Below, piece by piece: positions 38,350-51,478 of a stretch of DNA of 64,000 nucleotides. Made by a program: the position numbers and the translations under genes. Positions within the stretch are counted from its first letter, which is position 1; the number at the start of each line of letters is the position of its first letter. The notes beneath the pieces were generated by a model that had not been told where the DNA came from, searched no databases, and saw only the letters and a list, made by a program, of their open reading frames with translations. Source of the stretch: Chiloscyllium plagiosum. Lineage: Eukaryota. Location: the NCBI RefSeq assembly GCF_004010195.1, contig NC_057718.1, positions 31,295,622-31,359,621 on the forward strand, in the 5' to 3' direction.

Positions 38350-39315
38350 GTACGTGAAATCACATCAGGAACACCAATGCCAGCTACAAGACTCTGCTAA
38401 GCAAGAACGATAGTTTACTTCAGGGGATGAAGTTTGGTGTAAAAACCATGAGAATGGCCCTGGATGGGTATAAGGCTTTGTCGACGTAAGGTCAGTAACA
38501 TTGACATATAAACTTTGGATAGGTGTGACAGTCCTCAACAAGCATGTGGACCATATGAAAGCTGTAAACATGCAATCGATGCAGGAGCAAAACATATCCA
38601 GCTTCCTGACAGCTAGGCATGAATCCAGAATCCAAGGGTTTCCCTCTCCATCAAGCATTAAAGATAACTTGGAATCTGAGATTGAAATAGTGCATGTCGC
38701 CGCGACATCTTTGCCACGTGAAGAAAAGAATAAAGGCTCAAGAGACAAGCTACTATGCGTTTCACACCACCCAAATCAGAAGTACAGTTGAAGGAACCTG
38801 ACCTGGTGCTAAAGCACTTCCAGAGGAGCGACAAAATAATCAGGCCATTGTCCTCGGATTCAGAGGGAGAGGGATGAAGTGATTATAATGAGATCAGCCA
38901 GGTGAACCTCATAGAGCATGAGTTCCCTGATTGGGACTGTTAATCTGGTCCAATTGGGGAGCCCCGGCTGACAAATATAAACAGGAGTGCCAGAGGTTCT
39001 TTTACCTCATTGATTTTAACCCTACTGCGAATCCTCTTGCAAGGATGCCTGCCTTGAAGAATTTTTCCTCCTCTCCACGCTTCAGGCTCTCTGCCTTTAT
39101 TCCTGATGAAGGGCTTTTGCCCGAAATGTCGATTTTGCTGCTCCTTGGATGCTGCCTGAACTGCTGTGCTCTTCCAGCACCACTAATCCAGAATGCCAGA
39201 GGTTCTGTTCACTCTGACAGCTGGCTCTGAAGGAACTAGATCAGTGTCAAAGACTCTCAATGTGCAAATACAGGGTGATTTGCTGACAGATACTGGCCTT
39301 TGTGAAGTTATTTCA
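38350..39315 (+). mobile_element. Gypsy element 3' end: integrase C-terminus, PPT and 3' LTR
   Basis: GDEVWCKNHENGPGWV...TYKLWIG...KHVDHMK, polypurine tract agagggagaggga at 38862-38874, and a TG...CA LTR at 38875-39315 with TATAAA at about 38976. Confidence 0.85.
39001..39193 (+). mobile_element. PLE family A terminal fragment inserted in the LTR
   Basis: 13-bp TSD tgccagaggttct (38988-39000, 39194-39206). Hammerhead motif at 39099-39134 (GAAATGTC variant). Confidence 0.85.
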
Positions 39316-39913
39316 GATACCTTATCAAACACCGTTTTAAAATATAGATATATTACATCCACAACTTCCCCTTTATCTAGCTTTCTTGTTACTTCCTCAA
39401 AGAATTCAGGTAATTTTGTCAGGTATGATTTTTCCTTCATGAAGCCATGCCGACTCTGCTTGATCGTATTGTATATTGTAAATACTCTGCTATTACATCC
39501 TTTATAAAAGACTCTAACATTTGCCCAAATACAGATATTAAGCTAACTGGCCCATAGTTACATATTTTTGGCCCATTCCCTATTAAATAGATATGTTACA
39601 TTGGCAGTTTCCCAATCCTGTGGAACTTTTCCAGAATCCAAGGGTTCTTGGAAAATTACTGTTAATACCGCTACTATCATTGCAGCTACTTCCTTTAATA
39701 ACCCAGTGAATCTCAGTGGATCCAAAGGATTTATTGATTTTTTTGCTTCATCAGTTTCCCTAGTAAAAGTCATTTGGATAAGGTCATGAATAAGAAAGAT
39801 TTGAAGGGATATGGGTCAAACATAGGATGGAACTAGTTTAGCTTGGCAATATGATTGGGAACATAGTTGGACAGAAGGGTCTGTTACCATGCTGTGTGAC
39901 TCTATGACTCTAT
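39316..39913. mobile_element. CR1-type LINE fragments (minus-strand RT piece 39316-39770; plus-strand 3' tail 39770-39913)
   Basis: KSYLTKLPEFFEEVT...VDVIYLYFKTVFDKV and GKVPQDWETANVT on the minus strand, then a gactctatgactcta tail on the plus strand. Confidence 0.85.
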
Positions 39914-39929
39914 AACTATATCACAGTCT

Positions 39930-40900
39930 GAACTCTGAATCTGCTGGAGAGGGGAACATATCTGCACTCCATGGTCCAGCTGTAGTGCTTAGGACCAAAG
40001 GATGGGAAACCCCGGTGCAACCCTGGTACTACTTCCTCACACTGACACAGGGCAGTGCCAGCAGGCAGTCAGATGGTGGAGGAACAACACACAGGCCCCT
40101 TAGAGTTTACTCTCAGAACACCTCAGAGATGACCAGGCTCTCCACCTTCACTTCTGATCTGCCTGTCTGCTTCTGACCTTTGGACGTTCAAGCTGAGGAG
40201 GGTCCACTTGTCTCTGGCAAGAAGCCCTTCAGTATGTTACACTGTCTGGACACAAAAGCGCCTAGGGTTACAGTCTCAACATTACTTGCAAGTTTACTTG
40301 AAAGAACAAATGGTCCATGGATGCAACCAGATGATTTTGCTGTTGAAGCAGCTGGATCCCCATTACGTAGCCTCTGGTCTATGGGGATGATTGTATCTCA
40401 CAGATCTGTATGCTGCTCCTGTTCCTCCCTGTGTATGTAGTTAGAGTCCTGATAATCAATACCACAGGATCCTCCTCTGAGTGCTGCTGAGCAGGTGATT
40501 AATCTCTATCAGTCCTCTGAGTGCCAGCAGTCCAGATGTTTTGTCCCAAACTTTCTCCGCATGGATTTCCTACTAAAGTGCCAGTATTTGAGCTATGGAT
40601 GGGGTGTGTAGGAGACAGCCTTGCCAATGCTTTCTCAGAAGCCATAGAGTTGACTTCTGGCAGAACAAGCCATTTCTCTGCCTCAGTTGTGGATATCCCA
40701 CTGGTACCTGCAAGATACGTGAGAGAGGTCCTGACAACGCCCTTCCTCTGCACTATCCCCTCCACAAGGACTTCCAGGCCCCTGTCGGAGAAACACAATG
40801 CTGTTTTACCCTTTTCTGACATCTTCTGACTGAAAGTGAGCAGGATAACTTCAGAATGCGAGTGCTCATCTGGTGCACAGCAGCCTTTTAAACCTGGTAC
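39930..40900 (-). pseudogene. Harbinger Myb/SANT-like ORF remnant
   Basis: ORF 40499-40822 begins MSEKGKTALCFSDRGLEVLVEGIVQRKGV, resembling the recalled Myb/SANT-like start (PRFSD..LEVLVE.V..R..VL). Confidence 0.6.
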
Positions 40901-41049
40901 ACTGCCAGTATTCTGGTTTTGCGACAGTTATCAAGTTCTTTTGGGAACAGCGCATGGAGCGAGTTTTGAACAAGAGGGGTGCAATAGGGGTGCACTAGAT
41001 AGTTAATGAACTGAGTTTGGTAAGATACAGTGAGGGATCTCTTTAAGCT

Positions 41050-41530
41050 TCATTGCAAAAAGCCCTTCAAAAAATCTGATACATCTGATACTTAGTCAAC
41101 ATAAATAAGGTTCAGCCTTTAATGAATGGAAAAGTCATAACTAAAGTGAAACAAATCCAAATAGAAGTAATTGATTTTAAGTTGGGAAATGAGCTAGCTG
41201 TTTCAAAAATATTGTCCTCACAGTGGGTGGTGGAACAACCAGTAGAGATAAAAGAATCTGAAATGATATTGAATTATTTTTCCAGACTGCGGTGTGACTA
41301 GAGCTCTGTTCCCTAAAATTGGAGAAGAAGAAGAGTCTAAGAAAAGATGACATTGAAAATCAGTTATCAAATACAATTTTCAAAAGTTTAAATAAGAGTG
41401 AAATAGATAAAAACAATTAGTCTGACAGGTCTAGCACATCCTCTCTAACAGAAATGCAACAAACTGATCCTGAATTGAACAAATTATACCAAACAATCTT
41501 CTCAGAAATAACTTCAGAAACTGACTGCAT
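41050..41530 (+). mobile_element. Gypsy (Gmr1-like) pol remnant, probably continuing the 37.3 kb element
   Basis: IEVIDFKLGNELA...PDCGVTRA...LTEMQQTDPEL resembles the post-protease region (ILGNDLAG...FP.CAVTRA...Q..DP.L). Confidence 0.6.
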
Positions 41531-41602
41531 TATGTGTTTCTTACATTTTTCTTACATTATCCCCTTCCCTTCCACAGCCATATCTTGTTTATGTTTTGTT
41601 TA

Positions 41603-41895
41603 AAGTTAAAAATCGCACAACATCAGGTTATAGCCCAACAGGTTTGTTTGGAAGCACTAGCTTTCGGAGCGCTGCTCCTTCATCAGGTAGTAGTGGAGTA
41701 TAAGATTGTAAGACACAGAATTTAAACAGAAGTTTTAGCAAAATTCTGTGTCTTACGATCTTAAACTCCACAACCACTTGATGAAGGAACAGCACTCTGA
41801 AAACGAGTGCTTCCAAATAAACCTGTTGGACTATAATCTGGTGTTGTGTGATTTTTAACTTTTACACCCCAGTCCAACACTGACACCTCCACATC
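41603..41895. mobile_element. PLE family C terminal fragments arranged as an inverted repeat
   Basis: Arms 41603-41723 and 41741-41862 are imperfect reverse complements. 12-bp TSD atgttttgttta at 41591-41602 and 41896-41907. Confidence 0.8.
41655..41690 (-). ncRNA. Minimal type I hammerhead ribozyme motif (PLE family C)
   Basis: Minus strand reads TAC-CTGATGA-A-GGAGC-agc-GCTCC-GAAA-G-CTA-GTG, with palindromic AGCT in stem III. Confidence 0.65.
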
Positions 41896-42239
41896 ATGTT
41901 TTGTTTACTTTGCTGTTAGAGACAGGACCAAATCTGTCTCTTTCACACTTTAATATGCACCCATTTTACATTTTTCTTTGCCTCTGCTAAAAGCATTAAA
42001 CAAACATTTTCCAACACTTTTCAGTTCAGAAGAAGAGTTACATTAGACTCAACACACTGATTGTTTCTCACTCCACGGATGCTGCAGGATGTGCTGAGTT
42101 TCTCCATCATTCTCTGTGTTTTGTGCATGAATTTATAAATAAATATGTAATTTTTGATTTTTTTTAATAGAGGCATATCATTTTGGTTACTTCTGTTAAA
42201 GTTGTTTGTTTATTATTAAAAAAAACTATGTTGTTATTA

Positions 42240-43349
42240 GACAAAATCCCTCATGTTAGGCTGGTCCAGAAGATTAAGTTGCATGGTATCCATGGTGTGT
42301 TGGTAAGTTGGATACAAAACTGGCTTGGTCATAGAAGATAGAGGGTAGTAATGGAGGAGCCTTTTTCTGATTAGAGGTCTGTGAGCAGTGATAATTGTAT
42401 GGATCAGTGGTGGCACCTATGATGTTTATCATACATGTAAATGATTTGGATGAAAATGTAGGTGGTCTGATTAGTAAGTTTGCAGATGACATGAAAATTG
42501 GTAGAGTTGCAGATAGTGAGGAAGGTTATCAAAGGATACAGATCGGGATATAGGTCAGTTGAAAAGTTGGCTGGATAAATGCCAGATGGAGTAAGTGTGA
42601 TTTGATGCATTTTGGGAGATCAAATGCAAGAGGAAAGTATAAAGTAAATGGTAGGATCCTAAGAAATATTGATATAAAGAAGGATGTTGGGGTCCAAGTC
42701 TATAGTTCCCTGAAAGTGGCAACCCAAGTGGAAATGTTGGTAAAGAAGACGTGCAGCTTTCTTTCATCAGTCAGGGGATTGAATATAGTGTTTATATTAC
42801 AGCTGTACAAGCCTTTAGTTAGAACACATTTGGAGTATTATGTGCACTTCTGTTTGCCACATAGTAGGAAGGATGTGGAGGATTTCAAAAGTTTTACAAG
42901 GGTATTGTTTGGATTAGGGTACATTAACTATAAGGAGAGGTTGGACAAACTTGATTGTTTTCATTAGAGCATCAGAAGCTGAGGGATGGCCTGATAGAAG
43001 TATATAAAATTCTGAGAACTATGGATAGGGTGGATAGTTGGAGTCCTTTTCCCAGATCAAATACTATGGGGCATAGGTTTAAGGTGCGATGAGTAAGTTT
43101 AAAGGAGATGCACAAGAGAATTTTTTTACACAAAGGGTGTTAGGTGCCTGGAATGTGCTGCCAGGGGAAGTGGTAGAAGCAGATATGTTAGCAAAGTTTA
43201 AAAGTCATTTAGACAAACCCATGACCAGGCAGGGAATAGAGGGATATAGACTGTGTGCAGACAGATGGAATTAGTTTAGAATGACATCGTGATCACACAG
43301 ACATGGTGGACCAAAGGCCCTCTTCCTGTGCTGTACTGTTCTATGTTCT
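42240..43349 (+). mobile_element. CR1/HER1-type LINE RT and 3' end
   Basis: ISKFADDMKIG, MHFGRSN and LYKPLVRTHLEYYVHF motifs, and the tail ctgtactgttctatgttct. Confidence 0.9.
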
Positions 43350-43369
43350 TATCTGACAATCTTTCCAGA

Positions 43370-44100
43370 ACAGTGACCTAATTCAGTATGTGTTAGAAAG
43401 CAGGGATACCCTGGGGTGTTCATGGAAAATTGCTTTTACTGTGGTGGTTTATGACATGCAGGGTAAATGTTGAAGTCCATTAGCTTGTTTTTGCTTCAGG
43501 ATAATGAAGGATTGATTTTAGCTTGTGAAACGAAGAGGTTAAAAGTTTTAAGGCAGTTTAGAGGAAACTTGATTGAGGTCAGAAACAAATATTATTCCAC
43601 TATCAAAAAGCAGTGTTGGAGATTCAGGAAAATCACAATCGCATCAGTGTAAAAGTTTAGTTTATAGTCCTTCCAAAGCAGAAATGTTTGATTACAAATT
43701 GACATGTTTTTAAGAGTTGAGACATTCTAATCTCTGAGTTTTGTGAATACTCATGGAAGAAGACTTTAGAATTCACAAAAAGGACTGGGACAAAATAGTA
43801 AGTTGATTTTTAAGATTTTGAATTGAGCAGCAATTTCACAAGATTTGAAACGCTGTAACAGATAACATCAGGAAATGGGCTGAGACTTGTTTTGCTGTGT
43901 GTTTAAGATTTTTCAAATTCCCCTGTATATTTAGGTAGTTTTTTTTGTTTTTGACTTTTGTGCAATACACTACTGATCAGTTGTCTCATGCAACTATGTT
44001 TCAGTGAATAACCGCCATGTCAACTAACATACTAAAGATAGCAATCAGGCCAGACTTCAATCTGTTCTCTGACTTGTAGTAGCATCAGATGAGAATATGA
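43370..44100 (+). mobile_element. Possible decayed LTR
   Basis: Loose similarity in layout to 442-1326. Lies downstream of the Gmr1-like gag/pol remnants. Confidence 0.35.
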
Positions 44101-44261
44101 GTGAGATATTTATTACTGGTTACCACAACAATGGCCAATTCTAATTATATCAGGATGACCTATGAAAAAGGTTGGATAAGTTCAAACTCCACCATCTGGA
44201 AATAAGTTGGGTCATTATTGTGGCATACAAGATATCAATTGACATCAACCAGACTCATTTT

Positions 44262-44598
44262 GTTGATTCATTCATAAGATGTGGGCATCACAGGGAAGAC
44301 CAGCATTATTGCCCATCCCTAATTGCTTGGAGGACAGTTAAGAGTCAATCACATTACTGTGGGTCTGGAATTACATAGAGGCCAGACCAGGTAAGGACAG
44401 CAGATTTCCTTTCCTAAAGGGATCTAGATGGGTTGTTCCCTGACAACTGACAATGATCATGGTTGAACTCCTAATTCCAGATGTTTTTTGGATTCAAATT
44501 CTACTATGGCAGGAGTTGAACCCAGGTCCCTAGCACGTTATCTGCATCTCTTGATTAATGGTCTAGCAATAATACCATTAGGCCATCACTTCCCCCTT
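44262..44598 (-). mobile_element. SINE (same family as 10220-10536)
   Basis: tRNA-like head at the right end (minus strand ...gatggcctaatggtatt...gggttcaactcc), shared body and LINE-like tail. Confidence 0.7.
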
Positions 44599-47500
44599 TC
44601 TTGTCTATAAAGCAATTTACTTCTATATGAAGCCCTTGTACATCATTGTCATTTTATAATTGAAAATAGCAGCCATTGTACATAGGTGGAGGAAAGAAAG
44701 AAGACATTTTACATGCACCAGATTTGTAATATATTTCATCTGTAGACTGCTTTTAATATTCAAAAATAAGCAAACAATAATGTAGATTTCCCTTGGTATT
44801 GAAATCTCAATTTAGATTACTTGTTTAGTCTGCCCCGTATCTTGAACTCACAACCCCTTGAATTAGCTGCAAAGGTGTGAACAATCAATGAATCTTCTTC
44901 TTCAGTTTTCTTTCCAGAGGTAGGTAATATCCACAGTGCCCCAGTCTCCACCCCAGACAGGGATAGGTGAAAGGTTCTAAATCCATCTCAACCAGTGCAG
45001 ATGACCTTCCTAGAAATCAATATTGACACGAGGGATGGTACAGATTCCAATTTTCTTTCTATCGGGAATCTCTCCCACTATTCGGTCTGCCATTGGCATA
45101 TGTTGGAATAAATTGCAGATTGCTGCTCAATCTGCTTGATTGCATTACGAATGCACTTTCCAAGACCATCAACTCCTGGAATGGGACATGAACCTGGAGC
45201 TTCTTACTCTAAGACAAGGACAGTATCCACTGAGCCATAATATCTACCATTCAGTGAAAATATTACCTCAAAAAGACATTAAACACTGAGTGTTACTTTA
45301 AATAAATCAAAATAGCAAAACAAAAGAAAATGTGAAAAATATCTTCAAATGCATTTTCAAAGATTTGTGTTACTCAAAGACACTGATATTTCAAAATCGG
45401 TGTATCATTTACAAAATCATTAGAGATGATAAATATATATAATATGAGACAGGGGAGTAATGTTTTGCTCATGCCCATGCTCATAGATCAAATAACTTCT
45501 TCTCATTGCTGATATTCTTATGTTACTATTTAAGTTCCCAGTTAGTTGTTGCAAATAATTGGTCTACAAAACAGCACTTAAAATGTAATGCATTGGTAGA
45601 AAAGCACTATGGGATACCCCACAGATATAAAAGGCATTTTATAAATACAAATGCTTTCTTCCTTTGAGTTTACTAAAACCCACAGCTTTTGTGCAGTTTT
45701 TTTCCCTCAAATACTGGAAATTAATTGTTTGTTATCAGATGTATGGGATTAGCTTCATATTAACACTTGTCAACATTCTCCATTAAGTGATGTTACTGAT
45801 TGCATATGTTTTGTAATAGGAGTTTTGTTATTGCTGAAAAAAAAATTACTTCTACACTGGTGAAAACTGTGAATTAAGCAGTGCTTTTGTACATTTGACA
45901 TCTCAAGACCTAGTTATATGGATTGCCAGGGCACTCCTAGGTGTGTTAATTATATTTGTTCACAATATTAAATTCTGGAAAGTCTCTATTACAGATCTTA
46001 TACTTTAGACAAGTGAAAGTCATGTCATCAGTCTAGAGAAAGTTTCTTTATTGAAAGATTTCTTTATAATGTTAACCAGGACACTATGCATGCATGTTTG
46101 ACTTGTAGATTCTGCTGCTGTATGCTGAATACAGAGTTACACAACTACTAAATCCATCTTACATGGTAGCGATTGGCAACAGTATATGATGCACCTTCTT
46201 AAAGGTATATTCTATCAGAAATGCCCCTTTTTGTTTAGAATTTTAGTTTTGCAAGATCGACTTATTTACATAACATCAAGAGAAAACAACTTTGTATCTG
46301 AATATATCCTTCTCTGAAACATTACAGCTGTCTGTTTATTCATCCAGTATCATTGTGGTGATCTTTGTTGGACACTGCTGTGTGTTTTCCAAAGGCTGTT
46401 CAGGGGTGCATTTTTGGCAATAATCTCTGATTCATCTTCCTCTCTTTTTGGATTATTGAATGCTTATAACCACTATAACCTGGTATTGTATGATTTTTAA
46501 CTTTGTCCACCCACGTCCAACACTGGCACCTCCCAACCATGCTTATATTTTTGGCAGTATTGATTAGTGATGATTGAGAGAATTGTTGACAGTTATCAGC
46601 TGAATAGTAATTATGTATCAGTTCTGCAGTTTGAACTTGGAAGGAATGGGTGTGCATATTCAGTTCCAATTGTGTCAAATAGCCTGTCATCGGATTATCT
46701 ACATGGAATTAGGTGATCTGCTCCCACTGTAATCATAGGGCGTTCAATAGTTTCCCTTGTAGTTTGTGGTCTTTATCATTGACTTGATGATATTATGGAT
46801 GATTACCAAGGATAGGACCCTGAACTTGGTTAGTCTGTGATTTCTGGTCCTGTGGGGACACAACATCAACATTTGTGTTGGTCAGGATGAGTTGTTAGTT
46901 GTTTAATGACACTTATTGTAATGGGTCATAGGGATGGAATCTGCAAACTATTATATGTGGTGAGTCTTGCAGTAGCTTATTGAATTATCACTTGCCACAT
47001 CTAGAAATGTGTAGATTTCAGATTGTGAGGTGGAAGAATGATTGCACCTGCATCCATTTCTAGTTTTGAATACAACCTTTGCTGGCCCTGTAATTGTGGT
47101 TGTATAATCTGCATGGAGGCAACACTTCTGTTGGTATCAAGCTTTCTGCACTGGCATATTCAGTGTTCTGTGATGCAAACATGCCTTGCAAGTATTGCAT
47201 GCTGGACAATTTCTTGGTTCATATATAAAGCCCCAGCCTGCATTGTATAGTAGGTTTAACTGTATTGGCTATTGACACAATAATGGACAAATTACCCTGA
47301 GCCTGTAGGTTCAGTCAATGAGAAGTATGGTTTGATACTTACAACTGCATACAGTGGTGTTTCTATCTTGATATTCCTGTAAATGGAATCCAGAGTGTAC
47401 ATTAGAACTGCTAAGAGCAAATCTGCACTTTGTGGATTAGTTTTGATGACTAGGCTATCTTTTTGGTGCAGTAAACTGCCCTTGTTGACATGGTCCTGTG

Positions 47501-48441
47501 GCGACTTTGGGAGACCAAGTATCCTTTGGTTGGATGATGGACCCATAAATAATGTCAAATACACTCGGATGGAGTACCAAATATCTTATAAGATTATTAA
47601 CAGTTGAAAAGATTGCACTTGAAAGGTGGATGAAATTTTTGAAACTGTCAAGATGTGTCAAAGACTATCAAGGATTGTCAAATCTGTCAAGAACTGACAA
47701 ACCATGTTTTTAAGTGAGTGAGTGCTTTTCACAGAAAAGTGTAGTTTGATTTTTTTTTCACCAGTCTACATAGGCACTAATGGATACTTAGTCCATTGGC
47801 ACAGTAGATAAAAGGGGAAGGGCTGGTAGGTGAACCTGTATTGGCATTAGTGCCATTAGGTTGCATGGGTATGAGGAATACTGGATGATAGTTGAAGGGC
47901 ATAGGAGTGCATAACGGAAATTAAGGGTCATGCAGATGAGGGCATTAGGTGGTATGGACGGTTTTGGAAATTGTGTGAGATTGAGAGGAGTTATAGTGGG
48001 ATGAGGATGAAAGATTATTTTCAAATGTATTTATTTACATGTTAGCTCAATTTTTGGAGACAGCGTTCGAGTCCTAGGCAGGCTTTCCATCTAGCCTACT
48101 TTGGAACCCAACAACCCCTTCAACTGTTCCTGAGTTGCTTGGCTTGTTTCATAATCCCTCTTGTGCCTACAGATTGAAAATGGGGAGTGCTGGTGACTGT
48201 TCCCAAAGGTCAGGTTCACGGAGCTGGGAATTCTTCCACTTCTGTAAATCTAATGTGGGAATGAAAAATAGGACGCTTTGCATATATGTCTGGCTGGTAG
48301 ATGGACAGCAGTTTAAGATACATTTCCTTAAAGGTACATGCACATTATGTCATTTGCTCTTAGTAAAATAATTAATCTGTCAAAAAGTAAACCATGCATG
48401 TTAGTCATAAATGTACCTTGACTACATTTCCTCACATCCTA

Positions 48442-48787
48442 CAGCTACACAATCCTTTATCCAAAATCCCGAAATCCAAAAAGCTCCGAAATCAGAAATT
48501 TCTCTCGTGAAGTTTTTTCTCCAGAACAAGGTTGTTTGGTATGCAAACAGTGAACCCAACTCCACACCCAATTGACCCACGTCACACAGATGTAATGTGG
48601 TGGCATGGACCGGCACTGGCAAGCGTCAATTCTGTCTCAGTACTTGTAGTGCTCACAGGTGCGTCGGCTGATTGGTAATTTTTGTTTTATTTCACTGAGA
48701 AACTGTCACTTATTCTGAAATCTGAAAAATTCCAAATTCAAAAAACCAGCTGGTCCAAAGAGTTTTGGATAAAGGATTGTGTACCTG
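48442..48787. mobile_element. Tigger-type MITE
   Basis: 25-bp TIRs CAG(C/G)TACACAATCCTTTATCCAAAA with one mismatch, and TA on both sides. Confidence 0.88.
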
Positions 48788-48889
48788 TATTTTCTTAACA
48801 GCTCTATTCCATTCTTCCAGTTTTTCCATTTTAATTGCACATGTTCTGATTATGACACTTTCCATGCCAGTACTTCCAATATGTCCACA

Positions 48890-49570
48890 CTTTCCTGCAG
48901 CTGAGGATGCTCCAGCAACGTGGTTGACAGGGCCTTCAACAAAATCTATTTGATTTCATAGATTTTTGCTCTCAACCCTTCCACTCTCTCCCAAAGGTAC
49001 AATAGGGTTTCCCTTGCCCTTCTCGTCCATCATATCTGCCTTTATATTAAATCGATCATCCTCTGCCATTTCTATTACCTCCAGCTTGATACCATCATGA
49101 AACATACCTTCCCCTCCCCTCTCCTTTCAGCTTTATATAGTAATTGTTGCACTGTGCAGTCACTGCATACCCCCTCCCGAAACCATAGTATGTCCCTGTA
49201 GAACTACAGGATATGCAACAGTTGCCTTTTTACCCTCTTTCTTCCCACAATCTAAGGACCCAAGTACTACTTCAGGTTAAGAAAAAATCCATGCTTTAGA
49301 AGGATCACTGGAACCAAAATGGTAACTCTGCTTTCTCTCCACAGCCGCTGCCAGAACTGTTGAGTTTTCCCAGCAATTTCTGTTTTCTTTCACTTTTACT
49401 TGGTTTGCGAAACATCTCTTTAAGACCACAAGTGTGGCCAAGGGCTCTCAGTTACCTCTCCTTTTGATTCACCATCCTGCTCCCACCCAGAGCTCTCCAT
49501 CCTTGGCTTCCTGCAGTCTTCTAATAATTCTCAACACACACTCAAGGAGCAGTACCTCATTTCCAAGATT
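48890..49570 (+). mobile_element. Highly decayed Neptune-like PLE fragments
   Basis: Patchy similarity to 11.75-12.4 kb. A PLE tail piece lies at about 49295-49390. Confidence 0.55.
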
Positions 49571-49707
49571 TTGTACACAATGAGCCAGATTTTTCAATCT
49601 CAAAGAGATTCTGTCCCTTTTTTTAACAGAATATGAGAGATCCACATTTTTGAGAGGAGATTCTGCTCAGGACTATGTTAGAAATGTGGAAGCGTACTTC
49701 CATTCTG

Positions 49708-51478
49708 CAGTTTTGGAGAAGATTTGTAGCTCAGGTTGTGCATCAGGTTGTAAGTTTGCTCACTGAACTGGTAGATTTGTTCTCACATGTTTTGTCACCA
49801 TGCTAAGTAACATCATCGGTGAGCCTTTGATGAAGTGCCGGTGTTCAGTCCCGCCTGTCATTTATCTATCTTGGTCTGTTGTGGTGGGTGATTTCACTTT
49901 CGATTCTGTTTCGGAAAGGTTGGTAAATGGGTTCCAAATCGGTTCATTTGTTAGTGGAGTTCTGGTTTGAATGCCAGGCCTCTAGGAATTCCCGTGTGTG
50001 TCTCTGTTTAGCCTGTTCCAGAATGGCTGTATTGTCCCAGTCGAATTGGTGTCCTTCTTCGTCTGTGTGTATGGATACCAGTGATAGTTGGTCATGTCTT
50101 TTGGTAGCTAGTTGGTGCTCATGTATCCTTGTGGCTAGTTTCTTGCCCGTCTGTCCAAAGTAATGTTTGTTGCAGTCCTTGCAGGGTATTTTTTATATGA
50201 CGTTCATTTTGCTGGTTGGTGGTACTTTAAATTCATCAGAAGCTGTTTGTGTGTTGGTAGGTTTGAGGGGCCAGAGTAGTCTGGTCGTCATCTCCAAGAT
50301 GTCTTTAATGTAGGGAAGCATGCCTAGAGTCTCTGGGCATATTGTGTCTTCTTGTTTAGGTCTGTTGTGTAGGAATCAGCAGACTGTGCTTATCAGGTAC
50401 CTGTTGTTCCTGAATACATTGTATTGGTGTTTTTCCTCAGCTTCTTGTCATTCCTGGGTCTTGCAGTATGTTGTAGCTCGTTTAAATAATGTCCTGATGC
50501 AGCTCTGTTTGTGGGTATTGGGATGATTGCTTCTATAGTTGAGTATCTGGTCAGTGTGTGTGGCTTTCCTGTAAACGCTGGTCTGTAGCTTTCTATTGGC
50601 TTTGTGTTCTACCATGGCGTCTAGGAAGGGGAGTCTGTTGTTCTCTTCCTCTTTGGTGAACTTTATACCGGTAAAGATGTTGTTTACGTGTTTGTGGGTT
50701 TCTTCTAATTTATTGTGTTTCGTAATGAAAGGAGTGTCATCCACAAAGCTTGGGCTGGAGCATGGGGAGGGCTGTGCATTCTAACCTCTGCGTAACTACT
50801 TCTGCTAAGAGTCTTGATATTGGTGATCCCATAGGTGTCCCATTGATTTGTTTGTCGGTCTTGTTGTTGAAGGTGAAGTGGGTTGTGAGGCACAGGTCTA
50901 CTAGTTTGAGGAAGCTGTCCTTGCTGATGGAGATGGTGCTGTCAGGTGTTTGTGTCCTTGGTTCATCCAGCAGTGAGGCCAGTGTTTTTTTGGCTAGGGT
51001 GATGTTTCTTGATGTGAAAGGGCCATCACATCAAAGGAAACCATAACCTCGTTGTTCTCTACCTTGGTGTCTTTGATGATGTTGAGGAATTCCTGGGTGG
51101 AGTGGATAGATTGTCTTGAGTCTTCTACTAGGTGTTTCAGTTTGTGTTGCAGTTCCTTACACACAAAGAGGGACACCAATTCGACTGGGACAATACATCC
51201 ATCCCGGGATAGACTCAACAAAGACATGCACGGGAATTCCTAGAGACCTGGCATTCAAACCGGAACTCCATGAACAAACATATCGATTTGGAACCCATTT
51301 ACCAACCTCTCAGAAAAAGAACTGGAAGTGATATCACCCACCACAACAGACCAAGACATAAATAACAAGTGGGGCAGAACACTGGCGCTTCATCGGAAGC
51401 TCACTGATGATGTTACCTAACATGGTGACAAAATGTTTGGGAACAAATCTACCAGCTCAGTGAGCAAACTTACAACCT
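49708..51478 (-). mobile_element. PLE (Poseidon-like, family B): RT and GIY-YIG remnants with inverted terminal copy
   Basis: VMVSFDV, (Y)MDDTPF, KFTKEEENNRLPFLD, VYRKATHTDQILNYRSNHP and KIPCKDCNKHYFGQTG motifs. 51170-51478 is an inverted copy of the 3' end. TSD gtacttccattctg at 49694-49707 and 51479-51492. Confidence 0.92.

Noticed and set aside
46700..47660. Possible minus-strand Gypsy gag/protease remnant (NCPACNTCK, LEMDAGA)
   Set aside because: The motifs are too short and degenerate to support without a profile search.
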